Positions 38,738 to 51,540 of a stretch of DNA of 64,000 nucleotides are shown here, piece by piece. A program made the translations under genes and the position numbers. The stretch is from Lytechinus pictus (taxonomy: Eukaryota): positions 14,384,001-14,448,000 of the forward strand of contig NC_087258.1 of NCBI RefSeq assembly GCF_037042905.1, given 5' to 3'. The notes under the pieces were generated by a model that had not been told where the DNA came from, did not search any database, and worked only from the letters and a program-made list of their open reading frames with translations. The first letter of the stretch is position 1, and every line of letters begins with the position of its first letter.

Positions 38738-40456
38738 CTTGCCCGTAGCGATTCCTTGTAGATTTCAATTGTATATTATGAGTGGCATTCTTTAAATCAT
38801 GCCAATCCACCGAACATGCCGAACAGATTGTCATCAAATGAGTCACAGTAAAGCTCTACAGATCACTCATTCATGTCATTATTCACTCCTTTTTTGGTTT
38901 GCAAACGTTTCCGCTGAGCCATATACATGTAGATATGCTTCAGCACCCCCGATTCCCAGGGCCATGATGTGGAAGAGCTGTAATCACATCATATTTATCA
39001 TGTGCATGTTTTGCAAGAAAACATCTTGTTGATTGGATCGTAGACCTCTTGGTCTACGAGTAGATGGTCTAATTCTCAGGGTTAGGATTTCTTTTAACCT
39101 CCTTTTTAGTCCTTAAATATACTTTATTCTGATCCGCCTTCACTCCCTTCAGTGTACTAAAAGAAAACAGAGGAACAGCTACATCTGAACTATCTACAAA
39201 ATCTATTTATCATGCATTGAAACGCTGATTGAACAGTTATTATTCATCATTTCCTTCATTCTGGCATGAAAATGGAATTATCTCAAGTAGCAAGAAAATA
39301 AACTGGACAGAAATATATGCCCCACCAAAGATAAAAAAGGGCGGAGACACACAATATAAGCTACTCCACAATGTTTGCCATCTTTACCAGTTCTTCACCA
39401 TTTTAACAAGGACATTCCGATACAGTTCAGATGGTGCTTTGAGACTGGGACCATCATCCATCTATTCATACAGTGCCCGGCCATCCAGTACTCCCTCAAC
39501 GTTTTACATCGTCTGATTCACCGACTCATTCCGAACATTAATATCGACTTCGATTTATACTGGGCACTGGTTCCTCATGCTTCGGGCCGCTGCAAGGAAG
39601 CCGTGCGTTTATGTAACTTTTTGTTAATTAGTTTCAAAAGTACCATTTATTGGCTGTATCGTACTTTGAATCTTTCAGATCCCCTATTGGTTTGGAAATC
39701 CAAATTGAAAAGTAGGAATTTTCTTGTTTATGAGTTTTTTAAGTTACAAAATAACGATACTGCCTTCTCAAAGCGATGGTGCGTGAAAAATGCCCTTTGT
39801 TCTGTCGGCACCTCTTTGAGTTAGTTTGGTCATTTTGAATGTATGAATGTAGGCCTACTGTAACTTTACTGGTTGTTTGACGTTATTTCTTGGTTTGTTT
39901 TTAATGAGTCCTTATTTGTACTTACGAAGTATATTATTCTGATATTTTATTTGAATATATGTTATAGTTTGCTTGTAAATAAAGTTTCATTTTGAAAAGT
40001 AAAAAAAAGTCTTCTTCTTCTTCTTCCTCTTCTTCTTCTTCATATTTTCTTCTTCGTCTTCTTCTTGCTCTTCTTCTTATCTTTTTCTTCTTTGTCGTCT
40101 TCTTCTTCTTTTCTTTTTCATTCTTCTTCTTCCTATATTTTCATCTTTCTCTGTCACTTTGTATTCGGCTCCCTCAGCGCTTCGCGCAAATCTAAAAATG
40201 AAATTGTTAAGTCACGAGAATGTATTATTATCATTTCGATTTCAGAATATCAATGTCGAGTCCGATACTGCATTAGGAATGTGTAGGGCCTGGAGTGTAA
40301 AATTATTGATAGATCACAATCGATATAGGTTTGAATTCTAGTCATATCAATTTGGAAAACTTTCATCCACACTTGCATTTGCTCCACCCACACGTGTACA
40401 GGAAAGAAAGTATGGGTATAGCCATAAGCTATAGATATAATCATCATGTAGTTTAC

Positions 40457-41308
40457 CTTGTCTAACGGTCTTGCTGGGACACCGACCGTATTTCCGATAG
40501 CTACCCAGTTGGGTGCTGTTGGGTGAGGGAAATCAAAGGCAAAGCTCGTCATGCACATCCACAACTCTGCATCTCCTACGAGCTCTTGGGTGCTTCGTCC
40601 TGGAGCAATACCATGCGCGTCCTTTATCTCGTCTAAAGCTCCGAAGTGAACCCACTCTAAAAATCTCGACACAAGGTTATGGTCCATGAAGCTGGCAACC
40701 CGCTCCAGAAACGTCATCTGATCTGATAAGGGGAGTGAATATTGTACGTACGATGAAGGCGCTGGAATCCCGTAGAGGCGTTCGTGAAAAAGAAAATATC
40801 TCGTTGTCGTCGTCACAGCTATGTGCGGTATACCTAGGTAACTACTGAGGATCGCATCACATCCGTCAGCGACATCCCCGATCAGGATATCAAAATGTGA
40901 TTCCTTCAGCCGAAACAGAACAGCGGAGTCCTCAAGGAGACTTTGGCAAGCTAACCTTATCCAAGAGTACAGTTTCCCTATATCTATCATATTACTTAAC
41001 GGACCCTTCTGAAAGAAATCCTCTATCATGGTGTCCAGGGTGCCCTCGTATCCTGAAGGAACATCGAAGCGGTAGTGGAGGGCGGTGTTGTAGGTGTCCC
41101 TCGGGAAGCCTTCTGTTCCTACAAATGAGCAGGTCAGGATGGTGACGTTGTGGCCGCGACTGCTCAATGCTCCTGTTATAGCGGACATGCTTTTAGGATG
41201 ACTGGTGTATTCTGGAACTAAGACAGTAACAAGGATATTTGCAGCATTGGTCAAAGAGGTGAATGCTATAGTCAGTAACGTGAACTTGGTGAATGTTACG
41301 AGTTTCAT
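40457..41308 (-). CDS. UGT: UGT variable exon 1, copy 8
   Basis: Intact 852 nt; R70 N74 A147 E218. Confidence 0.88.
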
Positions 41309-43067
41309 CTTGCCCGTAGCGATTCCTTGTAGATTTCAATTGTATATTATGAGTGGCATTCTTTAAATCATGCCAATCCACCGAACATGCCGAACAGATT
41401 GTCATCAAATGAGTCACAGTAAAGCTCTACAGATCACTCATTCATGTCATTATTCACTCCTTTTTTGGTTTGCAAACGTTTCCGCTGAGCCATATACATG
41501 TAGATATGCTTCAGCACCCCCGATTCCCAGGGCCATTATGTGGAAGAGCTGTATTCACATCATATTTCTCATGCGCATGTTTTGCAAGAAAACATCTTGT
41601 TGATTGGATCGTAGACCTCTTGGTCTACGAGTAGATGGTCTAATTCTCAGGGTTAGGATTTCTTTTAACCTCCTTTTTAGTCCTTAAATATACTTTGTTA
41701 TTCTGATCCGCCTTCACTCCCTTCAGTGTATGAAAAGAAAACAGAGGAACAGCTACAGCTGAACTATCTACAAAATCTATTTATCATGCATTGAAACGCT
41801 GATTGAACAGTTATTATTCATCATTTCCTTCATTCTGGCATGAAAATGGAATTATCTCAAGTAGCAAGAAAATAAACTGGACAGAAATATATGCCCCACC
41901 AAAGATAAAAAGGGCGGAGACACACAATATAAGCTACTCCACAATGTTTGCCATCTTTACCAGTTCTTCACCATTTTAACAAGGACATTCCGATACAGTT
42001 CAGATGGTGCTTTGAGACTGGGACCATCATCCATCTATTCATACAGTGCCCGGCCATCCAGTAATCCCTCAACGTTTTACATCGTCTGATTCACCGACTC
42101 ATTCCGAACATTAATATCGACTTCGATTTATACTGGGCACTGGTTCCTCATGCTTCGGGCCGCTGCAAGGAAGCCGTGCGTTTATGTAACTTTTTGTTAA
42201 TTAGTTTCAAAAGTACCATTTATTGGCCGTATCGTACTTTGAATCTTTCAGATCCCCTATTGGTTTGGAAATTCAAATTGAAAAGCATGAATTTTCTTGA
42301 TTATGAGTTTTTTAAGTTACAAAATAACGATACTGCCTTCTCAAAGCGATGGTTCGTGAACAATGCCCTTTGTTCTGTCGGCACTTCTTTTGAGTTAGTT
42401 TGGTCATTTTGAATGTAGGAATGTAGGCCTACTGTTACTTTACTGGTTGTTAAACGTTATTTCTTGGTTTGTTTTTAATGAGTCCTTATTTGTACTTACG
42501 AAGTATATTATTCTGATATTTTATTTGTATATATGTTATAGTTTGCTTGTAAATAAAGTTTCATTTTGAAAAGTAAAAAAAAAAGTCTTCTTCTTCTTCT
42601 TCCTCTTCTTCTTCATGTTCTTCTTCATATCTTCTTCTTCTTCGTCGTCTTCTTCTTCTTCCTCTTCTTTTTCTTCTTAACGTTTTCTACTTTTTCGTCT
42701 TCTCCTTCCTTTCTTTTTCATTCTTCTTCTTCTTCCTATATTTCATCTTTCTCTGTCACTTTGTATTCGACTCCCTCAGCGCTTCGCGCAAGTCAAAAAA
42801 TGAAATTGTTAATTCACGAGAATTCTGTATGTATTATTATCATTTCGATTTCAGAATATCAATGTCGAGTCCGATACTGCATTAGGAATGTGTAGGGCCT
42901 GGAGTGTAAAATTCTTGATGGATCACAATAATCATATAGGTTTGAACTCTAGTCATATCAATTTGGAAAACTTTCATCCACACTTGCATTTGCTCCACCC
43001 ACACGTGTACAGGAAAGAAAGTATGGGTATAGCCATAAGCTATGGATACACTCATCATGTAGTTTAC

Positions 43068-43919
43068 CTTGTCTAACGGTCTTGCTGGGACACCGACCGT
43101 ATTTCCGATAGCTACCCAGTTGGGTGCTGTTGGGTGAGGGAAATCAAAGGCAAAGCTCGTCATGCACATCCACAACTCTGCATCTCCTACGAGCTCTTGG
43201 GTGCTTCGTCCTGGAGCAATACCATGCGCGTCCTTTATCTCGTCTAAAGCTCCGAAGTGAACCCACTCTAAAAATCTCGACACAAGGTTATGGTCCATGA
43301 AGCTGGCAACCCGCTCCAGAAACGTCATCTGATCTGATAAGGGGAGTGAATATTGTACGTACGATGAAGGCGCTGGAATCCCGTAGAGGCGTTCGTGAAA
43401 AAGAAAATATCTCGTTGTCGTCGTCACAGCTATGTGCGGTATACCTAGGTAACTACTGAGGATCGCATCACATCCGTCAACGACATCCCCGATCAGGATA
43501 TCAAAATGTGATTCCTTCAGCCGAAACAGAACAGCGGAGTCCTCAAGGAGACTTTGGCAAGCTAACCTTATCCAAGAGTACAGTTTCCCTATATCTATCA
43601 TATTACTTAACGGACCCTTCTGAAAGAAATCCTCTATCATGGTGTCCAGGGTGCCCTCGTATCCTGAAGGAACATCGAAGCGGTAGTGGAGGGCGGTGCT
43701 GTAGGTGTCCATCGGGAAGCCTTTTGTTCCTACAAATGAGCAGGTCAGGATGGTGACGTTGTGGCCGCGACTGCTCAATGCTCCTGTTATAGCGGACAAG
43801 CTTTTAGGATGACTGGTGTATTCTGGAACTAAGACAGTAACAAGGATATTTGCAGCATTGGTCAAAGAGGTGAATGCTATAGTCAGTAACGTGAACTTGG
43901 TGAATGTTACGAGTTTCAT
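43068..43919 (-). CDS. UGT: UGT variable exon 1, copy 9
   Basis: Intact 852 nt; L41 K66 M70 S74 E218. Confidence 0.88.
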
Positions 43920-45638
43920 CTTGCCCGTAGCGATTCCTTGTAGATTTCAATTGTATATTATGAGTGGCATTCTTTAAATCATGCCAATCCACCGAACATG
44001 CCGAACAGATTGTCATCAAATGAGTCACAGTAAAGCTCTACAGATCACTCATTCATGTCATTATTCACTCCTTTTTTGGTTTGCAAACGTTTCCGCTGAG
44101 CCATATACATGTAGATATGCTTCAGCACCCCCGATTCCCAGGGCCATGATGTGGAAGAGCTGTAATCACATCATATTTCTCATGTGCATGTTTTGCAAGA
44201 AAACATCTTGTTGATTGGATCGTAGACCTCTTGGTCTACGAGTAGATGGTCTAATTCTCAGGGTTAGGATTTCTTTTAACCTCCTATTTAGTCCTTAAAT
44301 ATACTTTATTCTGATCCGCCTTCACTCCCTTCAGTGTATGAAAAGAAAACAGAGGAACAGCTACATCTGAACTATCTACAAAATCTATTTATCATGCATT
44401 GAAACGCTGATTGAACAGTTATTATTCATCATTTCCTTCATTCTGGCATGAAAATGGAATTATCTCAAGTAGCAAGAAAATAAACTGGACAGAAATATAT
44501 GCCCCACCAAAGATAAAAAAGGGCGGAGATACACAATATAAGTTACTCTACAATGTTTGCCATCTTTACCAGTTCTTCACCATTTTAACAAGGACATTCC
44601 GATACAGTTCAGATGGTGCTTTGAGACTGGGACCATCATCCATCTATTCATACAGTGCCCGGCCATCCAGTACTCCCTCAACGTTTTACATCGTCTGATT
44701 CACCGACTCATTCCGAACATTAATATCGACTTCGATTTATACTGGGCACTGGTTCCTCATGCTTCGGGCCGCTGCAAGGAAGCCGTGCGTTTATGTAACT
44801 TTTTGTTAATTAGTTTCAAAAGTACCATTTATTGGCTGTATCGTACTTTGAATCTTTCAGATCCCCTATTGGTTTGGAAATCCAAATTGAAAAGTAGGAA
44901 TTTTCTTGTTTATGAGTTTTTTAAGTTACAAAATAACGATACTGCCTTCTCAAAGCGATGGTGCGTGAAAAATGCCCTTTGTTCTGTCGGCACCTCTTTG
45001 AGTTAGTTTGGTCATTTTGAATGTATGAATGTAGGCCTACTGTAACTTTACTGGTTGTTTGACGTTATTTCTTGGTTTGTTTTTAATGAGTCCTTATTTG
45101 TACTTACGAAGTATATTATTCTGATATTTTATTTGAATATATGTTATAGTTTGCTTGTAAATAAAGTTTCATTTTGAAAAGTCAAAAAAAGTCTTCTTCT
45201 TCTTCTTCCTCTTCTTCTTCTTCATATTTTCTTCTTCGTCTTCTTCTTGCTCTTCTTCTTATCTTTTTCTTCTTTGTCGTCTTCTTCTTCTTTTCTTTTT
45301 CATTCTTCTTCTTCCTATATTTTCATCTTTCTCTGTCACTTTGTATTCGGCTCCCTCAGCGCTTCGCGCAAATCTAAAAATGAAATTGTTAAGTCACGAG
45401 AATGTATTATTATCATTTCGATTTCAGAATATCAATGTCGAGTCCGATACTGCATTAGGAATGTGTAGGGCCTGGAGTGTAAAATTCTTGATAGATCACA
45501 ATCGATATAGGTTTGAATTCTAGTCATATCAATTTGGAAAACTTTCATCCACACTTGCATTTGCTCCACCCACACGTGTACAGGAAAGAAAGTATGGGTA
45601 TAGCCATAAGCTATAGATATAATCATCATGTAGTTTAC

Positions 45639-46490
45639 CTTGTCTAACGGTCTTGCTGGGACACCGACCGTATTTCCGATAGCTACCCAGTTGGGTGCTG
45701 TTGGGTGAGGGAAATCAAAGGCAAAGCTCGTCATGCACATCCACAACTCTGCATCTCCTACGAGCTCTTGGGTGCTTCGTCCTGGAGCAATACCATGCGC
45801 GTCCTTTATCTCGTCTAAAGCTCCGAAGTGAACCCACCCTAAAAATCTCGACACAAGGTTATGGTCCATGAAGCTGGCAACCCGCTCCAGAAACGTCATC
45901 TGATCTGATAAGGGGAGTGAATATTGTACGTACGATGAAGGCGCTGGAATCCCGTAGAGGCGTTCGTGAAAAAGAAAATATCTCGTTGTCGTCGTCACAG
46001 CTATGTGCGGTATACCTAGGTAACTACTGAGGATCGCATCACATCCGTCAGCGACATCCCCGATCAGGATATCAAAATGTGATTCCTTCAGCCGAAACAG
46101 AACAGCGGAGTCCCCAAGGAGACTTTGGCAAGCTAACCTTATCCAAGAGTACATTTTCCCTATATCTATCATATTACTTAACGGACCCTTCTGAAAGAAA
46201 TCCTCTATCATGGAGTCCAGGGTGGCCTCGTGTCCTGAAGGAACATCGAAGCGGTACTGGAGGGCGGTGTTGTAGGTGTCCATCGGGAAGCCTTTTGTTC
46301 CTACAAATGAGCAGGTCAGGATGGTGACGTTGTGGCCGCGACTGCTCAATGCTCCTGTTATAGCGGACATGCTTTTAGGATGACTGGTGTATTCTGGAAC
46401 TAAGACAGTAACAAGGATATTTGCAGCATTGGTCAAAGAGGTGAATGCTATAGTCAGTAACATGAACTTGGTGAATGTTACGAGTTTCAT
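45639..46490 (-). CDS. UGT: UGT variable exon 1, copy 10 (most distal, unique upstream flank)
   Basis: Intact 852 nt; M10 K66 M70 Q78 H87 A89 S93 M113 G126 A147. Confidence 0.92.
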
Positions 46491-46728
46491 CTTGCCAGCG
46501 GCGATTCTTTGTAGACTCCTATTGTATATTGTAAGTGGTATTCTTCAAATCATGCCAATCCACCGAACATGCCGAACAAATTGTCATCAAATGAGTCAAA
46601 GTAAAGCTCTACAGATCACTCATGTATGTCATTATTCACTCCTTTTTGGTTTGCAAACGTTTCCGCTGACCCCATAGAGCACTCCTTGTATTTATAATCA
46701 ATTAAAACGTTATTGATCACAATTCAAT

Positions 46729-47922
46729 TAGTGGCGTACCGTGGGTCAAGGCATCGGGGGGGGGGGGACACCAGCAAAATTTTTGAGTCACTTGGTGAGC
46801 GCGCTTGGCGCGCTCAGTTGCCAGGTATACTGACCTAATAGAGGCGTTTTAAGGACAGTACCATTAATCGGATATGTATCCCTCTGATCAAAAGCGAGCG
46901 CGAAGCGCGAGCTGAAAATTTTTGATATTCAGACCTAAAAGGGGATATTATAAGCAAATTTATGTAATCATGATACGTACCTGTCTCGCTAAACAAACAA
47001 TGCGAGCGTGAAGCATGAGCTGAAATTTGTATTTATACATTGACCCCAAAGAGGGACATTTTAAGGACTATATTTTAGGAATCCATTAAGAGTATACATA
47101 TCTCACAGCTGGTGCAAGTGCCAAGCGCTTGCTGATTTTGTTGGAATTACATCTAAATACATCTGTACATGAAGCAATTGTAGTCATTGTAATCACGATT
47201 AACATACGCATTTCACTAATCAAATATTGCGAGCGCGAAGTGTGAGCTGAAAATTTAGGAAATTCGGACCTGAAGAGGGGCATTTAAAGGCTTTTTTGTA
47301 GGAATTCATGAAGACCATACGCATTTCACTAACCAGAAGATGCATGTGCGAAGCGCGAGCTGAATTTTTTTTTTAATTCAGATCAGAAAAAGGGAAATTT
47401 TGAGGATTGATTTTAGGAATTCATTAAGAGCGGACATCTCTGACTGATCCACTTATGCGAACGTAAGCACGGACATGAAATGATTTATATTAATACCTTA
47501 AAATGGGGCAATCACTTTAAGTAGCCATGAAAAAGAAGCATATGTCACGAAAGAAAACAATAATAACTCGAAGTGCGAGGAAATATATTTGGTGAATATT
47601 GACTTGAAAACGGGAGGTTTAAGTACAACAGGATTACCGTATAAATCTCTTTAAACAGACAATGCGAGCACCAGGAACAATAAAGACATAGGCCCCGAGT
47701 AAATTATGTTTCATAAAGTTACGGAAAAATGTAATATAACATAATATAATTATACTATGATATTACATTATAATGAACAATAATTTATTCTTTCCCACTA
47801 CGTTTCTCTTCCTTTCCCCCTCCTTTTCTCCTTTTACCCGTTTTTTTTGGCCCGCCGATGGGGGGGGGGGGGGGGGGGGACGTGCCCCCATGCCCCCCCC
47901 CCCCCCCGTAGTTACGCCACTG
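46729..47922. mobile_element. Old non-autonomous DNA transposon (hAT-like termini)
   Basis: Termini TAGTGGCGTAC / GTTACGCCACTG; internal repeats GCGAGCGCGAAGCGCGAGCTGAAAATT; TSD degenerate. Confidence 0.7.
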
Positions 47923-48712
47923 TCTACAATGACTTTCAATTGAAATTGACATACAAACAAAGGGCCATGTTGCATAAAAACGCTGTCATGGTAACTTTAC
48001 CAACCAATTTTAATACTGCTCATCAGCCAATGAAAATCAAGGATTTTATATATTTCCAATTGGATGGAAAAGTTATCATCAAAGTAACTTTTGTACAATA
48101 TGGCCCCGCCAAATGCGCAGGTTTGCTTTCTCTGCCAGCCATAGTCAACCTGCGGTTTCCCAAAGAAAACAGTCCTTGCCCGATAAGTTTGATCAAGAAG
48201 GAAGTCACTAAAATGTTTTCGGGATCAGAACGGCGAATGAGATACAAAGAGTTAAACTAGTTTACCTGAGCTTTAGACAAACGAAATCGATTTTCCTGAA
48301 GAAAAAGTTAGATGAGAGGGGCATGTAGTTTCTCCATAATTTAATAAGGATATTGTCAGGTATAAGAGCACATATTCCATTGAGGACTATGAGAAGTATA
48401 TGCTGAATACTTATGAAAGAGCATCGACCTGGGATAGATTTTCGAACAGAAACCCTTGCTGGTTTGGAAGTAGATTCGACAAGCCCCCCCCCAAAAAAAA
48501 AAAAATAATAATAATAATAACAATAATAAATAAAATAAAATAATAATAAAAAAATAAATATAAAAAGTGATTATGGTCAGATTCATTTTTTACAAGTAAA
48601 AAGAAAGTAAGAAAGAAAAAAGCTCCAAAATGCAAAATGAAAGTGATTTGGGGAAAAAATGTAGCATACCAGCCTAGTTTCCAGGGGATGCTGTCTAGAC
48701 GGTGTATAACAT

Positions 48713-49064
48713 CCCGGGGGGAGTCAAGGGTATCTAAAACACCGATTTTCAAGAAAGTGGTCTTGAAAGACTGGTCAATGGTCAATCGCGGGGTCATGTC
48801 ATTACTTAGGGTAGTTTTTTTTCTAAAGCTCTTTTTTAAGACTAGCCAAACGTGTTTAGGGTATGTTTTCCCCCAAGCTTTCCCCCGGGGTCATATTCTG
48901 GCGACAACTTGTTTAGGGGCCAAAATGTGTAAAGTAAAGCCCGCGAAGAACTTGTTCAGGTGGTTGTTTTACACACAGAGACAAAACTCGTTTAGGGGGT
49001 GTTTGGAAATGATATGGTCACGCATGTATACAGCAATACATTTGACTGCACCCCCCCCCCCGGG
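48713..49064. mobile_element. MITE with CCCGGGGGG termini
   Basis: CCCGGGGGGAGTCAA / TTGACTGCACCCCCCCCCCCGGG inverted ends. Confidence 0.6.
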
Positions 49065-49095
49065 TGCACGCAGCAACCCCAGAAAACTCTTGGGG

Positions 49096-49366
49096 GATAT
49101 GCTTCAGCACCCCCGCTTCCCAGGGCCATGGTGTGGAAGAGCTGTATTCACATCATATTTCTCATGCGCATGTTTTGGAAGAAAAAAATCTTGTTGAAAG
49201 GATCGAAGACATGTGTAACCATGCATTCCTCATGGTCTACGAGTAGATGGTCTAATTCTCAGTGTTAGGATTTCTTTTATCCTCCTTCTTAGTCCTTAAT
49301 CAGATCTCGAAGTATATACTTTGTTATTCTGATCCGCCTTCACTCCCTTCAGTGTATGGAAAGAAA
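49096..49366. repeat. Diverged single homolog of the array-unit upstream block (23463-23700)
   Basis: GATATGCTTCAGCACCCC..GATCCGCCTTCACTCCCTTCAGTGTATG matches every unit, with indels; homology stops where the Tx1 fragment begins in the units. Confidence 0.9.
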
Positions 49367-50711
49367 TCCCGACCCAATGTCATCATATGCCTACCATGAT
49401 ACTAATCATCGAATGATTTGACCATTATGCCAAGAACCCCCCCCAAAAAAAAAAAAAAAAAAAAAATTGCTAAAACATGCTTAAACAAAAACAAACAAAA
49501 AAGAAAGAAAGAAAGAAAGAAAAGGGGGAAAAAAGACACAGAAAAAGTCTGTTTTACCTCCAATATTCAATTAAATGAAAACTTGTGGACTTACGTGAAC
49601 ATTGGTATGGATTTGTCGAATAAAAAACAACGCGCGCAGCTACCACATGAGCCTCAACGTTTCAGAAATGTTTTACTTTTTTATATGTCCAAGTTGTTCG
49701 AACATTATATTCTTCATGTTTTATAAGTGTAAAACGTCAACGTTTGGTGTTTTTGAAAAAATTGAAGTTTCAAGAATTCATAAAAAATTTAATAACATTT
49801 TGCTCAAAGTTAATCTTGATTAAATTACAGCAATACATTTTGACATTTTCAAATGACCATGTAATACTAGGATATTTTAAAAAATATTTTTTTGTGTGCT
49901 GGCAACACATGTGTACAATGGGGTTGATTTGCACCCCCCCCCCCCCCCTCTCAAAAAATATGTATAAATAAATAGGTATACAATTTGAAGATAAAAATCA
50001 ACGACCAGGAAAAGGAAGAATAAAAAAGTAATTGAAAGAATAAAATATAAAATGAATGAAATATTTTGTTGAATACTGAAGTCTATCCTATCACAAGATT
50101 ATATTTTTACTTTAAAAAAAGGTCCCGATTTGTGTTCGCTCGCTTCGCTCGATCTCAAATTATTTTTGAATAACCTTTTCTCCTTGTGTACCGTCAAAAG
50201 TTTTTGGTTTATTACGGTATCATAATATGGAGGTTGGGTTCGAAAACATGAAGTCATCATGATATAATTGGATGCCCCCCCCCAGGAAGTCAATTTCACT
50301 TCCTCATTTGAATTGATTACTGACATTTTACATAATAAATGGTCTCGTCAATCTGCCTCTAGAAAAGCAAAGAAATGTTATGGCTAGCAATCCACCTTAA
50401 TGCAATTTAGGCTTATTGGAGCATGTAGGTCTCTTTTCTCAGACGTACGTCAGCTCCAATAATTAACAAAGGAACCATGTGTACTGAGGCCCAGCAAAGA
50501 AGCTTTCTGTCCAAGTGCATCTAGGTGTTCAATAAGACGTCAACTTTTTTTTTCAAACTGAACCTATTCAATTGGACTTAATTTTATGGAACGGAGAAAC
50601 GGCTTCTTCTGAAAGATCGATTGTGCGTCGACGCCTAGTGGCAACGACGATTTCTCGCCAATTCAAGACAGTTTGTTATTGGAGATAAGGACATAGACTA
50701 CGAGAACGAGG

Positions 50712-50796
50712 ATGATGTGGAAGATTTCTTTGATCATCACATTAACTGTGATCATCCTCAACACGCAACGCGTCACCAGTGACGAGCATGCGGAAT
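50712..50796 (+). CDS. HGSNAT: HGSNAT-like (heparan-alpha-glucosaminide N-acetyltransferase) exon 1, signal peptide
   Basis: MMWKISLIITLTVIILNTQRVTSDEHAE, donor GTAAGT, phase 1, compatible with the next exon. Confidence 0.7.
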
Positions 50797-51540
50797 GTAA
50801 GTAATGTTGGACATATGGGAAGCTGGGGATGGCACCAAAACCCACATTGGGAAGAGTTCATTTTGCGACAGCCACCCAAACTCCAAAGTGGAAAAATAGG
50901 CATGTAATTATCTCTAGGGTTAGGGGTAGGGTTAAGGTTACCTCAGAATTTTCCTACCGATATACGTCGGGTAGACAAAGCAGGAATTGATTCCGGTCGC
51001 TTTTCTAATGTTCTTGTATGTAGTGATACGACATTTTGATATATTGATGGCCCATTGTGCCTATCGGTATGGACGAATATCGAGTGCATGTAGTTAAGTT
51101 TTGCGCGTCTCTGAACTGCTATATGTACGAAAGATGCGATTTCTGGGAACCTTGTAAAGTTTAACTTCAACCTGTAAGTCTGGATCTGGATCTCGGTATT
51201 GTATTCTGAAAAGATCTACCGCGAAGTCAAGATTGATCATACCAGTAAGAACTACATGATAAAGACTGGAATATACATAATTTGCATTCATTACTCGTTG
51301 CTATGTCGGCAAGGCCCGGGAAGTGTCCAGGTTGTCACGAAGAACCTTTGTTTTAAAGGGATGTTTAAAATTTTAATATGGAACAATTAAACTATTCTAC
51401 CGCAAAAATTTATAACAAACGGCATTATCAAAGACATTTTTTAATATATACCGTCACTTTGTATTTGTAGTAAATGCAAATTGTGTCGTCGACAATTGTA
51501 CTTATATTATTTTAAACGGATTATTATTATTATTATTATT

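Larger units (their letters stand above)
16795..46490 (-). other. UGT: UDP-glycosyltransferase (GT1, membrane-bound UGT family) locus with 10 variable first exons and shared exons 2-5
   Basis: Exons of 852+57+163+220+274 nt join in frame through GT-AG introns into 521 aa with signal peptide, catalytic H37/D145, UGT signature, TM helix and KxKxx tail. Confidence 0.92.
22104..46670. repeat. Tandem array of ten UGT exon-1 cassettes
   Basis: ATG-to-ATG spacings are 2612, 2573, 2570, 2571, 2571, 2571, 2571, 2611 and 2571 bp. Confidence 0.97.
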
